Positions 14,001 through 26,642 of a stretch of 64,000 bases of DNA are shown piece by piece. The position numbers were made by a program, and so were the translations under genes. The stretch's first letter is position 1. The number at the start of each line of letters is the position of its first letter. Below the pieces are notes generated by a model. The model had not been told where the DNA came from, did no database searches, and saw only the letters and a program-made list of their open reading frames with translations. This stretch comes from Podarcis pityusensis (lineage: Eukaryota), in NCBI GenBank assembly GCA_964106645.2, contig OZ067047.1, one strand, 5' to 3'.

Positions 14001-14630
14001 AACTCCCTTCCCCTAGTTCCCCAGACACTACATAAGATTCTCTTGCGGCATTCCTGTGTCTGGCAAAGTGGAAAAACAAGAGGAGGACATTCGATGAGCT
14101 AAGTTTAGCTTCAGCCTTGCTCCGTGGACCTCTGCTGGCACTAAACCGTAGTGTGTTCTTTGCTTTATGCTCTCTGTTGCTATAAAAAGCATTTTGTCAG
14201 CAACTGAGGGGGGCGCAAGTGTAACTTGATACATTGAAGTGATTTGGGGATATGTACAGAGAGTCTCTCTGGGGAGGACACAAGGTCTGTGTGCAGGTAG
14301 GATGTCTTCAGAGGGTGCTGTCTTTATCCTAGAGTGGTTGATCAGTGAAGACTGACTGGTCACTCACTACTTACGTTCTTCAGTCATTTCTCCTGAAAGA
14401 GTAATGTTGCCTTTAGCCCAGATCAGCAGCATGAGTGGGGAAAATGACTCTCACACTTGTGATGGTGCTAATGTTGCTCACATTGTGTCACTTTTACCAT
14501 CGTTGTATATGTTGTGATGCAGAATAATATACAAAAGAGACAGGTCATTTTTCTCAAAAATGCATTGACATCTGCCCAAAGTAGTACTTCAGACCATAAT
14601 GAATAAAGAAGCCACCCATTAAAAAACGTG

Positions 14631-14745
14631 GGAGGTGTTCAACACCAGTCCTGCTCAGAGTAGACCCACTGAAATTAATGAACCTAAGTTATGCCCATTA
14701 ATTTCAATAGGTCTGCTTTGAGCAGGACCAGTGTTGAATACCACC
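14631..14745. mobile_element. Short palindromic (fold-back) MITE; related copies at ~28590-28688 and ~57876-58006
   Basis: ~50-bp arms ggtgttcaacaccagtcctgctcagagtagacc..gaaattaatg / cattaatttc..ggtctgctttgagcagg..gtgttgaatacc. Confidence 0.7.
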
Positions 14746-16421
14746 ACTTGAGTTAATGGCCCTTCACAACCTTTATTTGCATCTGTTTTTGAGACTAGAT
14801 TTACCGTGGTCATTCAGACTACTCTTAATTCTTTTATCAATGGTTCATACATGATAGCAGCCACCATACGGTAACCGTGGAGCGTGCACAGGGCTGCCTC
14901 TGGGCTTCTGGTTAGGTCCATGGAAGTGCTATTTGTGTTGATTGTTTCTCTGTGCCAGCCTTTCTCAAGGTAGTGCCCTCCAGCTGTGCTGGCTGGGGCT
15001 GATGGGAGTTGTAGTCCAAAACACTGGGAGGTCATCATGTCTGCTGTATGCAGATAGTGTCCATAAGGCAACAGGTTTCTGTGATGATGGTAACCCTGTT
15101 TTGATCCACCACTGTGTAAATTGCAGCATGGAATGGTGGTATTTCACACAAATAGGGCTTCCTTCTGAGTCAGCCTGTCTGTTCCCCCTACGCCTTGGGT
15201 AGAGATTTTATGGCGCCTGTCATCCTGTGTGAATGTGCCCTTATCGTGTAAGTAAGCCCCAGGGGGAGATGCCTGCTTATTGCTTCAACTCCTAAATAAT
15301 GTCACTTGACATAGTGTTGGCAAATGCGCAACAAGCAAAACACTCCAGAGAGAACTGACACATTGGAATGGCAAGAAGCATAATTTGTGAAGATTTGCCT
15401 TGGCTTACTCACTGCCAGGGGGTGAGAAAACAAGAATATGAAGTTGAATTTGAGTTAAAGCCATATCTCCATTCCAGCAAAAATGCATTTTATTTTTTAA
15501 AATCATATTAGCTTGTAGGAGCTGTGCCACTTACAGATTCTGTGTTCTGATAGAAGCATACTTTCTACCTATCTTCCTTTTTATCTTGAGATTGGATGTG
15601 TTGCCTGGTGTGGATCTCAGCTATGGTAGCAAAGACAAGGCCTGCTAATGGAGGTAGATGGTCCCATTTATGGTGTTGTAATATGATAAGTGTGACATCC
15701 AGATTTCAGCGTTTTACTTATTTAAATAAGTCTTTTAAGTCCAAACCATCACACTTGGGGAGGAAACCTCCATTCTCATTTGGGCAAATTGTGCATGAAA
15801 CTCCTCCTGGTAAGAAGATTGTGACCCTTTATATCGGATACAACCCTCTCTGCAAAACCTAAGGGTAGGCAACCAGTTCCATGAGGTTTAACAATTGGAG
15901 CAGAATGCAGTGGCCAGGGTGCTGGCTGGGAACATATTACACCACATCTTACAGACCAACACTGGTTGCCGGTGTGCCCCAAATATCTCAAGGGCCCCAA
16001 ATTTGGGCCCCAAATATCCCAAGGACTTCTGCCTCGCACGTAGTTTTGCCTGAGTGTTGACAGGGGAGGCCCTGCTGCCAAGTTCAGGAGAGGATCTTTT
16101 CTGTGGTGGCTTTCAGATGGTAGAATGCCTAGGTGCAGCTGGCATTGTCACTGTTCAAAGTTGGGTGAAGATTTACCTTTTTTGCACAGGCTTTTCGGGA
16201 TGAAATGTATTACATGGCTATTGTACTCAGCAGTATATAACCTACCTTGGGACCATATGGTGAAGGGTGGCCTATAATTTCCTTTGAATATGTAATCCTG
16301 CTACTATCTATGAAGGGCATTAAATCATTCTCTCCCCTGATTATTGCAAGTTCTACTCTCAGTTTCTGATTTCTGAGACTTACATTCACTTTCAGTTGTA
16401 TCTTTGCAGCCTTCAGGACTT

Positions 16422-16736
16422 TGGAACATAAGAAGACCCTGCCAGCTCAGGCCAGTGGTCCCTCTAATCCAGCATCCTCTTCCCGCAGTGGCCAACCAGA
16501 TGCCTGTGGGAAGCCCTCTAGGAGGACCCAAATGCAAGAGCTCTTTCCTGTCTTGCAGTTTTTAGCACCTGGTATTCAGAAGCATTACTGCCTCTTGATT
16601 GTGGAGGTAGAACATAGCCAATCATGGCTAGTAGCCATTGACCTTTATCTCTGTGAATTTGCCTAATCCTCTTCTTAAGCTGTTGCAAGTTGGTGGACAT
16701 CGCTGTCTTTTGTGGGAGGAAATTCCATAGTTTAAC
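16422..16736 (-). mobile_element. CR1-type LINE 3' fragment (second copy at ~33390-33585)
   Basis: gaacataagaaga..tccagcatcc..ggccaaccagatgc..catagcc..atggctagtagccattga block shared by both copies. Confidence 0.65.
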
Positions 16737-17342
16737 TGCAATTCTTACATTTTAAAAATATAAGTACAAATAATTCTCTTGGGTCATGATGTACATGGTA
16801 TATTCATACCCCTGCACATTGTGAGTAGCCGCCTTTGTAGTTGGGTCACTAGGCCATGGCGTATTAGTTTTGGCAACATACCTGAAGAGTTCTCTCTTCA
16901 GTAGTTCTCTTCTTATGTGTATTCTTTGTCCTTCTCCAGGTGCTGTAGCTTGTGTTGAATGAGTGTTAAATCAGTGGTGTGCCAACATTCCCGTCTTATT
17001 AAATCTGAGCACTACTGCGTTCCTGGGGCATTGTGCTTGTTGGTTTCACATTACAATTATGAGATTTATTTATTTTTAATCTCTGCTTTAAGGCCTACTA
17101 GTCTTCTCCGTTCCATAGAAAACTGAAAGGGCGTAGGGATGTATCATGTCTTGTGATACACTGGGAATTAACTGGGTCTTAAACACTTGGAAACAAATAA
17201 AATTAATTGTTTATCAGCTTTCTTAGCATAAACGATCCCTTTTTTTTGCTGGGGGAGGGGAGGTGCTTAAAGAATACTATATGTTTTGAATGTTTTCGTG
17301 GGCTTGGAGTTCAGAGTGGGAATGGGATTGCTTTAAGGACTT

Positions 17343-17408
17343 GCGCCACAACCCCAGAGTCGTCTGCAACTGGACTTAACTGTCAGGGGTTCTTTACCTT
17401 TACCTTTT
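17343..17408 (+). mobile_element. 5'-truncated Sauria SINE tail
   Basis: gcgccacaaccccagagtcg..(ACCTTT)n tail matches the full copies at 24935 and 51391. Confidence 0.75.
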
Positions 17409-17857
17409 TATCGTGTAACTATTATTGCACATTGTTTTATTTCAGAGCCATTTTGCAGGGTAGACCTCAATGGCAAACTTGCCCACATCAGAGCCATTTG
17501 GGGCCTTGGATAGGACAAAGCCGACCCCATGGGCTCTGTCCTCCAGCATTTCCTTTATAGATTCTGATGATTCTTAACCAGATGTTCCCTTGATAGGGAA
17601 ATTAACTATGAGTTCACTTATAGATCCTTATAGGAAAACTGTTCAATTTTCACTCCTAAGCTGAATTTGCATGATAAAATCTTGGCTTATTAAAACAGAA
17701 TATGAGCAAGCTTTCTTCTGTACTCGGTTCATTTGCCCCTGCTTTGTTTCTCTCTTCACGTGAGTGGAGAAACAAGCCAGGAAGCCAGAGTTAATTATAC
17801 CCTCCCATTGTATGGAAATTAGGTTTATGTTTTGGGGCTCTATAACAAATAATTATA

Positions 17858-18000
17858 ATGATGATGATGATGATAATGATGATGATGATGATGTTATTTA
17901 TACCCTGCCCACCTGGCTGGATTTCCCCAGCCACTCTGGGTGGCTTCTGGCACATATAAAAACATCATAAAACCTCACAGATTAAAAACTTCCTGATACT
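17858..18000 (-). mobile_element. L2 3' tail with (GAT)n microsatellite
   Basis: taccctgcccacctggctggatttccccagccactctgggtggcttc matches the element at 540-600. Confidence 0.7.
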
Positions 18001-18609
18001 GGGGAGCCTCCATGGATACAAAAGGCTTCTTGATTCAGACAGACTCCTTCCATGAGTTGGAGGGCAACAGAAATAGCAACAAGGGACAGTGGAGCTTGGG
18101 CACTTGACCCCCAAGACCCCTTTTGCTTTTCACCCTTGTTACATAGAAAGTGTTAAACCTTTCCACCCTTTCAGAGTAATTGAGAGGGTGGGGGAATGCT
18201 GTTTGACTGTGGGCACAGAGGATTATAGCTAACCCTTTATGGTTTCGAAGATAGGCTTGAAAAGTTGTATGGATAATGGATCGTGAAACCCAGGATGGGG
18301 CAGCACATTGAGCAGAATTTCTAACCATCAGGAATGGGGCCTCGGTGGTTGTTCAGTTCCATGAAGCTCTCTGCATCGGACAGAGTTAAGCAGATCTATG
18401 TGAACTGGCATAAGTTGCACCACTTTTTACATGCCAGTGACATGTGTTTGTGTGGATTCACTGACCTGTCTTTTGCTTTTCTAGGTTAATGATGTATGTG
18501 GATTAAAACAAGCGACTGTTGATGAGTGAAATAGCTGACAAGAAGGCAGGCAGACTGGAAGGGGGCAGCTGCCAATGCGCCAAGGAGGGCCAGCGGCTCA
18601 GCTGGAAGC

Positions 18610-18873
18610 ATGGAAGAAAGGAGTAATGAGAAGATGAACCAGGCCCATGTCCTCTTTGACCGATTTGTCCAGGCCTCGACCTGCAAAGGGACTCTCAAAG
18701 CCTTCCAGGAGCTCTGTGATTTTCTAGAGCTGAAGCCCAAAGACTATCGTACTTTCTACCACAAGCTCAAGTCCAAGCTTAATTACTGGAAAGCCAAAGC
18801 CCTTTGGGCCAAGTTGGATAAGAGAGGCTGCCACAAGGACTACAAGAAGGGGAAAGTATGCGCCAACACGAAG
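18610..18873 (+). CDS. MICAL3: MICAL3 coding exon 1 (ATG to ...CANTK), 264 nt
   Basis: ATG in strong Kozak context (agcATGG); donor aag|gtgggc; acceptor ttttctag at 18484 gives a 125-nt UTR portion. Confidence 0.95.
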
Positions 18874-20336
18874 GTGGGCATTGACAAGCAGGGTTGCATT
18901 AGGCTTACCTGTACAGTATATATGAAAATGGCCTTTAGCTGTATGCAGTTACATGTAGATGAGCCTGTGATGTTGGCTAGTATTTTCCATGTGGCTCTTG
19001 CTGTTTATCCCTGCTAAGCTGAACAATAATCTCAATGCAATGTGCAGCTGGGCTACACAGAGTGCTGCAGCTGGTACGATTATACTACATGTTTAAGCAA
19101 GATTACTTGTTGCTTTGTGTGGAAGCCTTAGTAATCTCCTCCTAAAACGTTGTCACTCAAAAATTACAACTATAATTTAAAACCTGCAGAAAATTAAAAC
19201 TGCAGTACAATAGACTAAAGCAAATTAGAACTCATACAGACTTTTAAAACACCTGGGTAGGCTTTTCTAAATAAGATTGCCTTTAGCAGGTGCTGCAGAG
19301 AGTATAGTGAAGGAACCTGCTTGATATAAAAAAATGATTCTGATCCTCATGAAAAACTCTTCAAGTTCAAATGACCAGATTTTATTTATGAAAAGTATAA
19401 ACTTCAGTTACAATCTATTTAAATTTCCAGTTTGTTTCTTAAAATTGCTGATCACCTTGTTCTAAAAGTCCCTATTTTGTCAGCTAATCGCCTGCTAACC
19501 CTTGGTGTTTTTTCAAAACAAACAGATACCACCAATAAATAATCTACTTAAAACTTGTATTTAGCAGTATGATGTAAGGCTGGGAAGCTGCTGGCAGCTG
19601 TGTTTAGTTGGGCTGTTTCATCTGCAGAAACGGCATGTTCCCAAAGATCAGCACTGTTCACAGTGTGCTTTGCAGCCTCCATCTCTTGTTAACACTGCCT
19701 GTGCTTCATCTTTGTTACCCTGGCTTTGACCTTATCTTTTCTGTCCTGGCTGTTTGGTGGCTTAGTGATATCGCTTCCTAATATAATTCTTGGAATAGGC
19801 AAGAATTCCCATTGCAGCTTCTGAGTGATTTCCCCATTTGCTATGCCAGTGACAGGGTTCCAAAAGTCACCAGCACTCAGTTTTTACTTGTGTGAATGTT
19901 CATTTGTATTCTGCTCTTCCTCCAAAGGTCTTGGGGATGAGCATGTGGGTGTTCCGGTTTTGCTGGTTTGTTTGTTCTGTTTTGTATCATTTTTGCAACA
20001 CTGTGAGCAAGGTGAGGACAGAGGGACTTACAGTGGGCAACCCACTTAGTCTGCATATGCAGCTGAAAGAGGAGGTAGACCTCTGAGGCAGTTGTACCAT
20101 TTCAGATTGCATGCACAGATCACATTTCTTAATACTACCCTATATGAAAATTTGCTGTAAATAGAAACTGGCACAGTAGGGAATGAAGTTGGCATAGAAT
20201 CTCTGCAGGGGCAGCAACATGACTATCTTCCCCTCCCAAACACAGCTCAGAATGTGGGCATGGATTCCAGAGTGGCTGTTCATGGAAGTTACTGTGGCTT
20301 CTTGATGGTGTCAGGAACTATAGCAGCAGCTTAGTG

Positions 20337-20471
20337 CAGGCATCCCCACCTTCAGCCCTCCAGATGTTTTGGACTACAATTCCCATCATCCCAGACCACT
20401 GGTCCTGTTAGCTAGGGATCATGGGAGTTGTAGGCCAAAACATTCGGAGGGCCACAGGTTGGGGATGCCTG
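20337..20471. mobile_element. hAT MITE inserted at the head of an old tRNA-derived SINE (20472-20655)
   Basis: TIR caggcatcccc/ggggatgcctg; 8-bp TSD gcttagtg/gcttggtg. Confidence 0.8.
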
Positions 20472-21320
20472 GCTTGGTGTTTGTCTGCAACTGGGAAACC
20501 CAGTTTCGAATCCCCACTCGGCCATTAAGCTCACAAAGTGCGCTTCCCCTACTTCGCAGGGTTGTTTTGAGGATAAAGTGAAGGGACTGTGTACACACCA
20601 GCTTGAGCACCTAGAGGAAAAGTGGGGTGTACATGTAATGGCATTTTAATAAATCTGATTTGGGAATGGAGGGGAATTAGAAAGTGAACTTGTTCTGAGA
20701 TTTGAGCAGAACTTTGGTAGAGGTCTTACTCAGAACATGAGATAGTTTTAATTGGAGGTGGCAGCGATTGAATTTGTGGCCTTCTGCACGCAGAGTACAT
20801 GCTCCACCCCTGAGTCATGCCCCTGTCCAAATATTATGATAGTGGAGTCAAACGCTGAAGTGGAGGAACTATTATGCGTAGGGAATCCAAGCACTGCTTT
20901 TGCTGAATCCTGTGTAGACAAAAGCTGCTTTGGAAAACTGTAAGCTGGTTTGTGTGTATTTTCTAAGGCATACCGCCATGCAGGTAACCTGATTTGATTC
21001 TGCGGAACCATTTCATATTAGGAAAAGACTACGGTTATTCTGAAAACTTGACGTTGCCTGACACAAATCTGAAGTGATTCCTGATGAAGAAGACTGGCTT
21101 TTTGTCACTGCTGTGTATTTCCACTGAAATTGTGGTGATCGTCCTATAGCCAGAACTGTAGAAAGTGCACTTGAGTATCTTTCAATGTCTTCCTGGATTT
21201 TGTTGCATTTCAGTGAACAAAGGCCATATAAACCTCCCCGCCCCCCCGTCCAGACTTGGAAGTTTGAATTTTGGAATCGTCTTTATACAATGACGTATAA
21301 AACTGTTGCCTCTCTTGCAG

Positions 21321-21528
21321 TGTCTCATCATTGGGGCTGGACCCTGCGGCCTTCGAACAGCCATTGACCTATCCTTTCTAGGAGCAAAGGTGGTGGTGAT
21401 AGAAAAGCGTGATGCCTTCTCCCGCAACAATGTTCTGCATCTGTGGCCATTTACCATACATGACTTGCGGGGCCTTGGCGCCAAAAAATTCTATGGCAAA
21501 TTCTGTGCAGGAGCCATTGACCATATCA
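21321..21528 (+). CDS. MICAL3: MICAL3 coding exon 2 ([13 protein letters not shown]-binding motif), 208 nt
   Basis: ttgcag|TGT...ATCA|gtaagt; Rossmann GxGxxG. Confidence 0.96.
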
Positions 21529-22478
21529 GTAAGTGGTACCATTCTTGGTTATCACAAATTATATATATCCTTAGATGGGGCTGAGGAGGGTGGTGTGTGT
21601 GTCTGAGATTGTTGTGATGCGGATAATTTTGACATAGAAAATTACTTGCCTGCCACAATAATATTTATTAGCTTTCTCATATTTAGGCTTGGGTTGGAGG
21701 AAGGAAGGGGGCTAGAGTTGCGGTTGGTGGGTATGGGAGCAGCAAGTCTCCTGCCAGATAGTGAGTTCTCCTTCTACAGCCCTTCAAATCCTTTCACGCA
21801 CTTGTATTCTCAGAAATTCCATTCAGGCGTACTTCCAAGAAAATCTGCATAGGATTTCTGTCCTTGAATTTTTTAATGTATTGATATAGCAGCAACTAAT
21901 GTATGTAGCTGTACACAGATAACACATGTAAGTTCATTAAGAGCAGCAGCCTGTCTTTGTTGACAGATAATAATCACAGGTGTCTACCAAAGAGATGTGG
22001 GTAGTTACTTGCATGGCTGTATAAATTGCCACAAGGTGAGTTTTTTTTTCAATTGCTCCTTGTGGGGAGAGGTACACATGAGAGAGGAAATGTTTTAATG
22101 AGTCTCCCTGGTAAAATAGCAGATCATACTAGATCAAGTACATTCAGGAAAGAAATTCACCATAGCAAAATAATAGTTCTTCACCTCTGATTTCCTATCC
22201 ACTTTCTTTTGTACAGTCTCATTTGATCGCAATCCAGACGCTTTAAATCCAGACGCTTTAATCTTTAAAGTTCTGCTGCTGATAGTCATCCGGGAAGCAT
22301 CAAGGGTTGCTTTCAGTCACTTCATTGACTATTGGATTATATTTTTAGGTTACAAAGCTCTTTTGAGGGGATTGATGGTAACATTAGTGGCAGGCCTTGG
22401 TAATGCGTTAGTGCCAGTCAGCAGGTTTCATGTTAAGCACTTCTTGTCATTTTCATTGTCTGCCCCTCTGTCTTGCAG

Positions 22479-22595
22479 GTATTCGTCAGCTCCAGCTGAT
22501 ACTCTTGAAAGTCTCCTTAATCCTGGGGGTTGAGATCCATGTCAATGTGGAATTCCAGGGGCTGCTCTACCCTCCTGAGGACCAGGAGAATGAGA
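22479..22595 (+). CDS. MICAL3: MICAL3 coding exon 3 ([11 protein letters not shown]...EDQENE), 117 nt
   Basis: ttgcag|GT...GAGA|gtaagt; frame continuous. Confidence 0.95.
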
Positions 22596-22859
22596 GTAAG
22601 TAGAGTTGGGATGAGCGGCAGGATCTGGAAGAGTAAAGATGAAGGCGTGTATTGTTCTCCTGGTGGCGTCTGAGAGCTGGTTCTTGCATTGTCATAGTGT
22701 CTGTCACGGGCTGTTTCAGTAATGCATGTAGTGGGGAAACCCCCGGGGGAGGCAAGTTAAGGCGCAATTAACTTTCCACACCAGTTTTGCTAGACTCTGT
22801 GAAATGTTATCTGGTATCGTTGTGCTAAAATGTTATTAACATGCAGAATTTATTCATAG

Positions 22860-22961
22860 GAATAGGTTGGCGTGCACAAGTTCACCCGAAAACGCATCCT
22901 GTGTCGGAATACGAGTTTGATGTGATCATTGGAGGAGATGGAAGGAGGAACACATTGGAAG
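22860..22961 (+). CDS. MICAL3: MICAL3 coding exon 4 (IGWRAQVHP...[10 protein letters not shown]), 102 nt
   Basis: catag|G...GAAG|gtagct; DG motif. Confidence 0.95.
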
Positions 22962-23137
22962 GTAGCTGCTACTGGTGTTTATAGCAGCGTGGAGTCAGCA
23001 CCTCTAGTTTCTGCTCAGCTATGCACCCCCAACCACTGTCTTGCAAGTCTTCCAGGGGGACACATTATTGAAATAAATTATGTTGGATGTGGGGACCATG
23101 GTTGAGTGATGGAACGTGCACTTTTTTTATGCAGAAG

Positions 23138-23381
23138 CAGAGGTGGTCCAAAACCTTTTGCTGCCTGAGGCAGAGCAGCTAATGCTGCCCCTCGCCAAGA
23201 CAAGGTGCATAATACCCAAGAGTAGTCAAGTTGCTTGGCCACCTGAGGCAGGAAATATACTACAAATATGCTACAATACTGACACGTTAAGTGACGAACA
23301 ATTTGCTGCCCTTTCACATCCCCCCAAAATCATCTGCCTTCGGTGGCTGCCTCACCCTGCCTAATGAGAGGGCCGGCCCTA
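23138..23381. mobile_element. hAT-type non-autonomous DNA transposon
   Basis: Perfect 8-bp TSD tgcagaag on both sides; termini cagaggtggtcc / gggccggcccta. Confidence 0.75.
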
Positions 23382-24470
23382 TGCAGAAGATGCCAGATTG
23401 TGTTTAGGTAGCAGGACTGGAAAATATCTCTTCTCTTGAGAGCTGTTTTCAGTCTGGGTAGATGGCACTGGCTACATGGTCTACTGGTTTGATTCAGTAT
23501 AAGGAAGTGTTGTGTGTTCATGTGTGCTAAGTTGCTAGACCTGGATCATCCGGCTTGCCTTGTTTATGCTCTGGTGGAACATTTTCATACTCAGCAGCTC
23601 CTAACCAGTTGAACTGCAGAAAAATACGCTTTCACTCCCCTTGATAAGATTATTTTTTATTTTATTTGACCTAAGGAAGCTCCTGCCAACCAATGCTCAT
23701 GCCACCGTAAATTTGTTAATCTCTAAGGCCTCTATGATTTTCGCCTGTTGCAGCAGAAGCACAGCTTGGCTACTTTGATCAAGTTACCGCTTAATCACAC
23801 TGGTCATGCAACAAGGTGTATCATACATTGTTTTAAGCTACGAGAAGAGAGTTTTATTTCACATTTGCACCCAGTCAGAGATAGAGGGAAGATGGGGAGT
23901 GGAAACATCCTGCTCCTCATGCAGGCAGATGATCCCCATGCTTGTTCACGGTATTCCCACTGTACTAAGTTACTACTTGGTACATTGTCTGCAACTACAG
24001 TGGGGGGAAGTAACATAGGAAGCAACTTTGAGGACATACATTACATAATTAGTAGGTGCTTTAGTTGAGATTCCTGCATTGCAGGGGGCTGATGATCCTC
24101 AGGCCTCCCTTCCAACTCTACATTTTTATGGTTCTATACCCAGAATGGACTGTGAAAGGCCCATATACAAGTTTTATTGCACACTTAGTGAAATGAATGT
24201 ATCTGCCCCTAATTATAAGAAATACGTTAGATATACTACTGTAGGTGCTGACTCTGGTGAATGAAACAACTCAGTCTTTGGGCAGCTGAGTAAAAGTCCA
24301 GGTCTCTTGTTTTAATCCAGTTTTTTCTACTACTCCATGCGGCCGCTGCTTCCATTTTCAACACTTTCATTATCAAAACACCCCTGAGCCTATTTAATTG
24401 GCACTTTTGTTGTTGCAGTGAAACCTTTGAACCGCGTGCCTTTTTCTGTTGTCCCTTATCTCTTCTTTAG

Positions 24471-24626
24471 GGTTTCGACGAAAAGAATTTCGTGGCAAGC
24501 TGGCAATTGCCATTACGGCAAACTTCATCAACCGCAATACAACAGCGGAAGCCAAAGTTGAAGAGATCAGTGGTGTGGCCTTTATATTCAACCAGAAATT
24601 CTTCCAGGATCTACGAGAAGCTACAG
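24471..24626 (+). CDS. MICAL3: MICAL3 coding exon 5 ([18 protein letters not shown]...), 156 nt
   Basis: ctttag|GG...ACAG|gtttgt. Confidence 0.95.
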
Positions 24627-24934
24627 GTTTGTAGAAGTAGTCCAAAGACGAAAAAGGGGCATTTTCAATATGCATATTTGATCTCTTCAGTTTTCACGAT
24701 TTCTTTGTACTACTTGGAGGATGGCTGCTCTCCATTTGTGGTGCCACAAGGAAGACTTGTGGGATTGTTTCAGTTGCCCAGTTTATAGAGCAGATAGCGT
24801 GGTTTCTGAGTCTTGGCTTATGTTCTCTGCCTGTTAAAGGGTGAAACAACAGTGGATTCCTATGGTATGTTTTCATTATGCTTGATTCTCATGACAATCT
24901 CGTTTCTATTTTGATACACTCTATGCAGGGCCAT

Positions 24935-25274
24935 GGGACGCGGGTGGCGCTGTGGGTTAAACCACAGAGCCTAGGGCTTGCCGATCAGAAGGTCGGCGGT
25001 TCGAATCCCCACGACGGGGTGAGCTCCCATTGCTCGGTCCCTGCTCCTGCCAACCTAGCAGTTCGAAAGCACATCAAAGTGCAAGTAGATAAATAGGTAC
25101 CGCTCTGGCGGGTAGGTAAACGGTGTTTCCATGCACTGCTCTGGTTTGCCAGAAGTGGCATAGTCATGCTGGCCACATGACCCGGAAGCTGTATGCCGGC
25201 TCCCTCGGCCAGTAAAGCGAGATGAGCGCCGCAACCCCAGAGTCGGCCATGACTGGACCTTTACCCTTTACCTT
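24935..25274 (+). mobile_element. Full-length Sauria SINE
   Basis: tRNA-like head (A box ggtggcgctgtgg, B box ggttcgaatcc), (ACCTTT)n tail, 13-bp TSD. Confidence 0.9.
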
Positions 25275-25564
25275 TATGTGGGGCCATAATGGTTAAGTAA
25301 CTACAGCGGTGATGTGCAGCCACTTGGGAGCTATGTTACCTGCATGTTTCCTAACTGTAGCATCGCAGCAACCCACTTGATGGAACACTTCAGATGTTCT
25401 CTCCCAGTATGGAAACTTGCTCAATTACAAATTATTAAAACTTATTACTAAACTGAAAACTATGGAAAGACCTGGTCTGAATAGAGATAGTGGATTTTTG
25501 TCTCATTACACATGCTAAAGCTATTTTTGGTCATCTGCATACTATCCCTTGCTTTTTTCCTGTA

Positions 25565-25790
25565 GGACTAATTGCAGTTGTTAACAGTCATCAACGGGTT
25601 TACCATACCCATTGAGCCAATCACCCATCTTCTACTACCCTTCTGAGAAAAACCCCACCCCACCCTCCCACTATATAAGGGTCTGGTGACTTCTGTTTTA
25701 GTGTATCTGAAGAAGTGTACATGCACACGAAAGCTTATACCCAGAACAAACTTAGTTGGTCTCTAAGGTGCGACTGGACTATTTTTTTAT
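25565..25790 (+). mobile_element. Penelope-like element terminal (pLTR) fragment
   Basis: TATATAA, hammerhead motif and ttagttggtctctaaggtgc end typical of vertebrate PLEs. Confidence 0.7.
25703..25740 (+). ncRNA. Minimal type-I hammerhead ribozyme motif (Penelope-type)
   Basis: gtat-CTGAAGA-a-gtgtacatgcacac-GAAA-gc-TT-atac: stem I, catalytic core, stem II and vestigial palindromic stem III. Confidence 0.65.
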
Positions 25791-26004
25791 TTTTTAGTAT
25801 GGAAACAGCTGTGACAACTGCAGCCACCCCCACAGTGCTGTATGTACATTTAAAGTGGGTCTTTGCTTCGTGTTGTCTTGTGGGACCCTTTTCACTGTTT
25901 GGTTCCATGTTGCCGAGGCTTCTGAAAAGGCCATTCATCCGGGACTACTTCTTCACTTAACAACTTGCAAGTTATGGGCTACATCTGTTCACAGTGGGGT
26001 TTAG

Positions 26005-26018
26005 ACTGCTGCTGCTAC

Positions 26019-26055
<37 letters not shown>
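26005..26055. repeat. (CTG)n/(GTT)n microsatellite
   Basis: Direct inspection. Confidence 0.9.
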
Positions 26056-26541
26056 AAGTGTGGCACTTACTGTAACAACTTCATGGTGAGTACCGGCACC
26101 TATTTTTCTAGAAGAAAAACCCTGTCTGTTTGGATCAAAAGCATCATATGCCTTGCAGTCTGCTTGGCAGAAGTTTGCATCTTGGGCCTTTAGAGTTTTG
26201 AAAATGAGGCGTTCAGGGGTCCATATCAACTAGATATGAGTAATGGCATCACTCCCCTTCCCTTTTTCAGGCATCGTGCTGTTCCTATACCCCAGTTTTG
26301 GCTCCAGCTCCAGGAAGAAGCCTTTTTCTTTTTCTTATTGGGCACCTTCTTGTAGCATTGGGAGCATCTTGTAGTCTGGGGCTGGTTTTTCCCTATAGGT
26401 GTCTTCCTTAGACCATCTTACAAGGACATGTAAGGTGAGATCACCGGGAGGGCCCCTTGCAATACATTCTGCATTCTGTCACGTGCTCTTGTATTTACCC
26501 CTCCACTGCTTGACTCTGTGTCTGTTTTTCTTCCAACTTAG

Positions 26542-26642
26542 GTATTGATCTAGAGAACATTGTCTACTACAAAGATGACACCCACTACTTTGTTATGACT
26601 GCCAAAAAGCAGAGCTTACTGGAAAAAGGAGTGATATTGCAT
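26542..26642 (+). CDS. MICAL3: MICAL3 coding exon 6 ([22 protein letters not shown]...), 101 nt
   Basis: acttag|GT...CAT|gtgagt. Confidence 0.95.
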
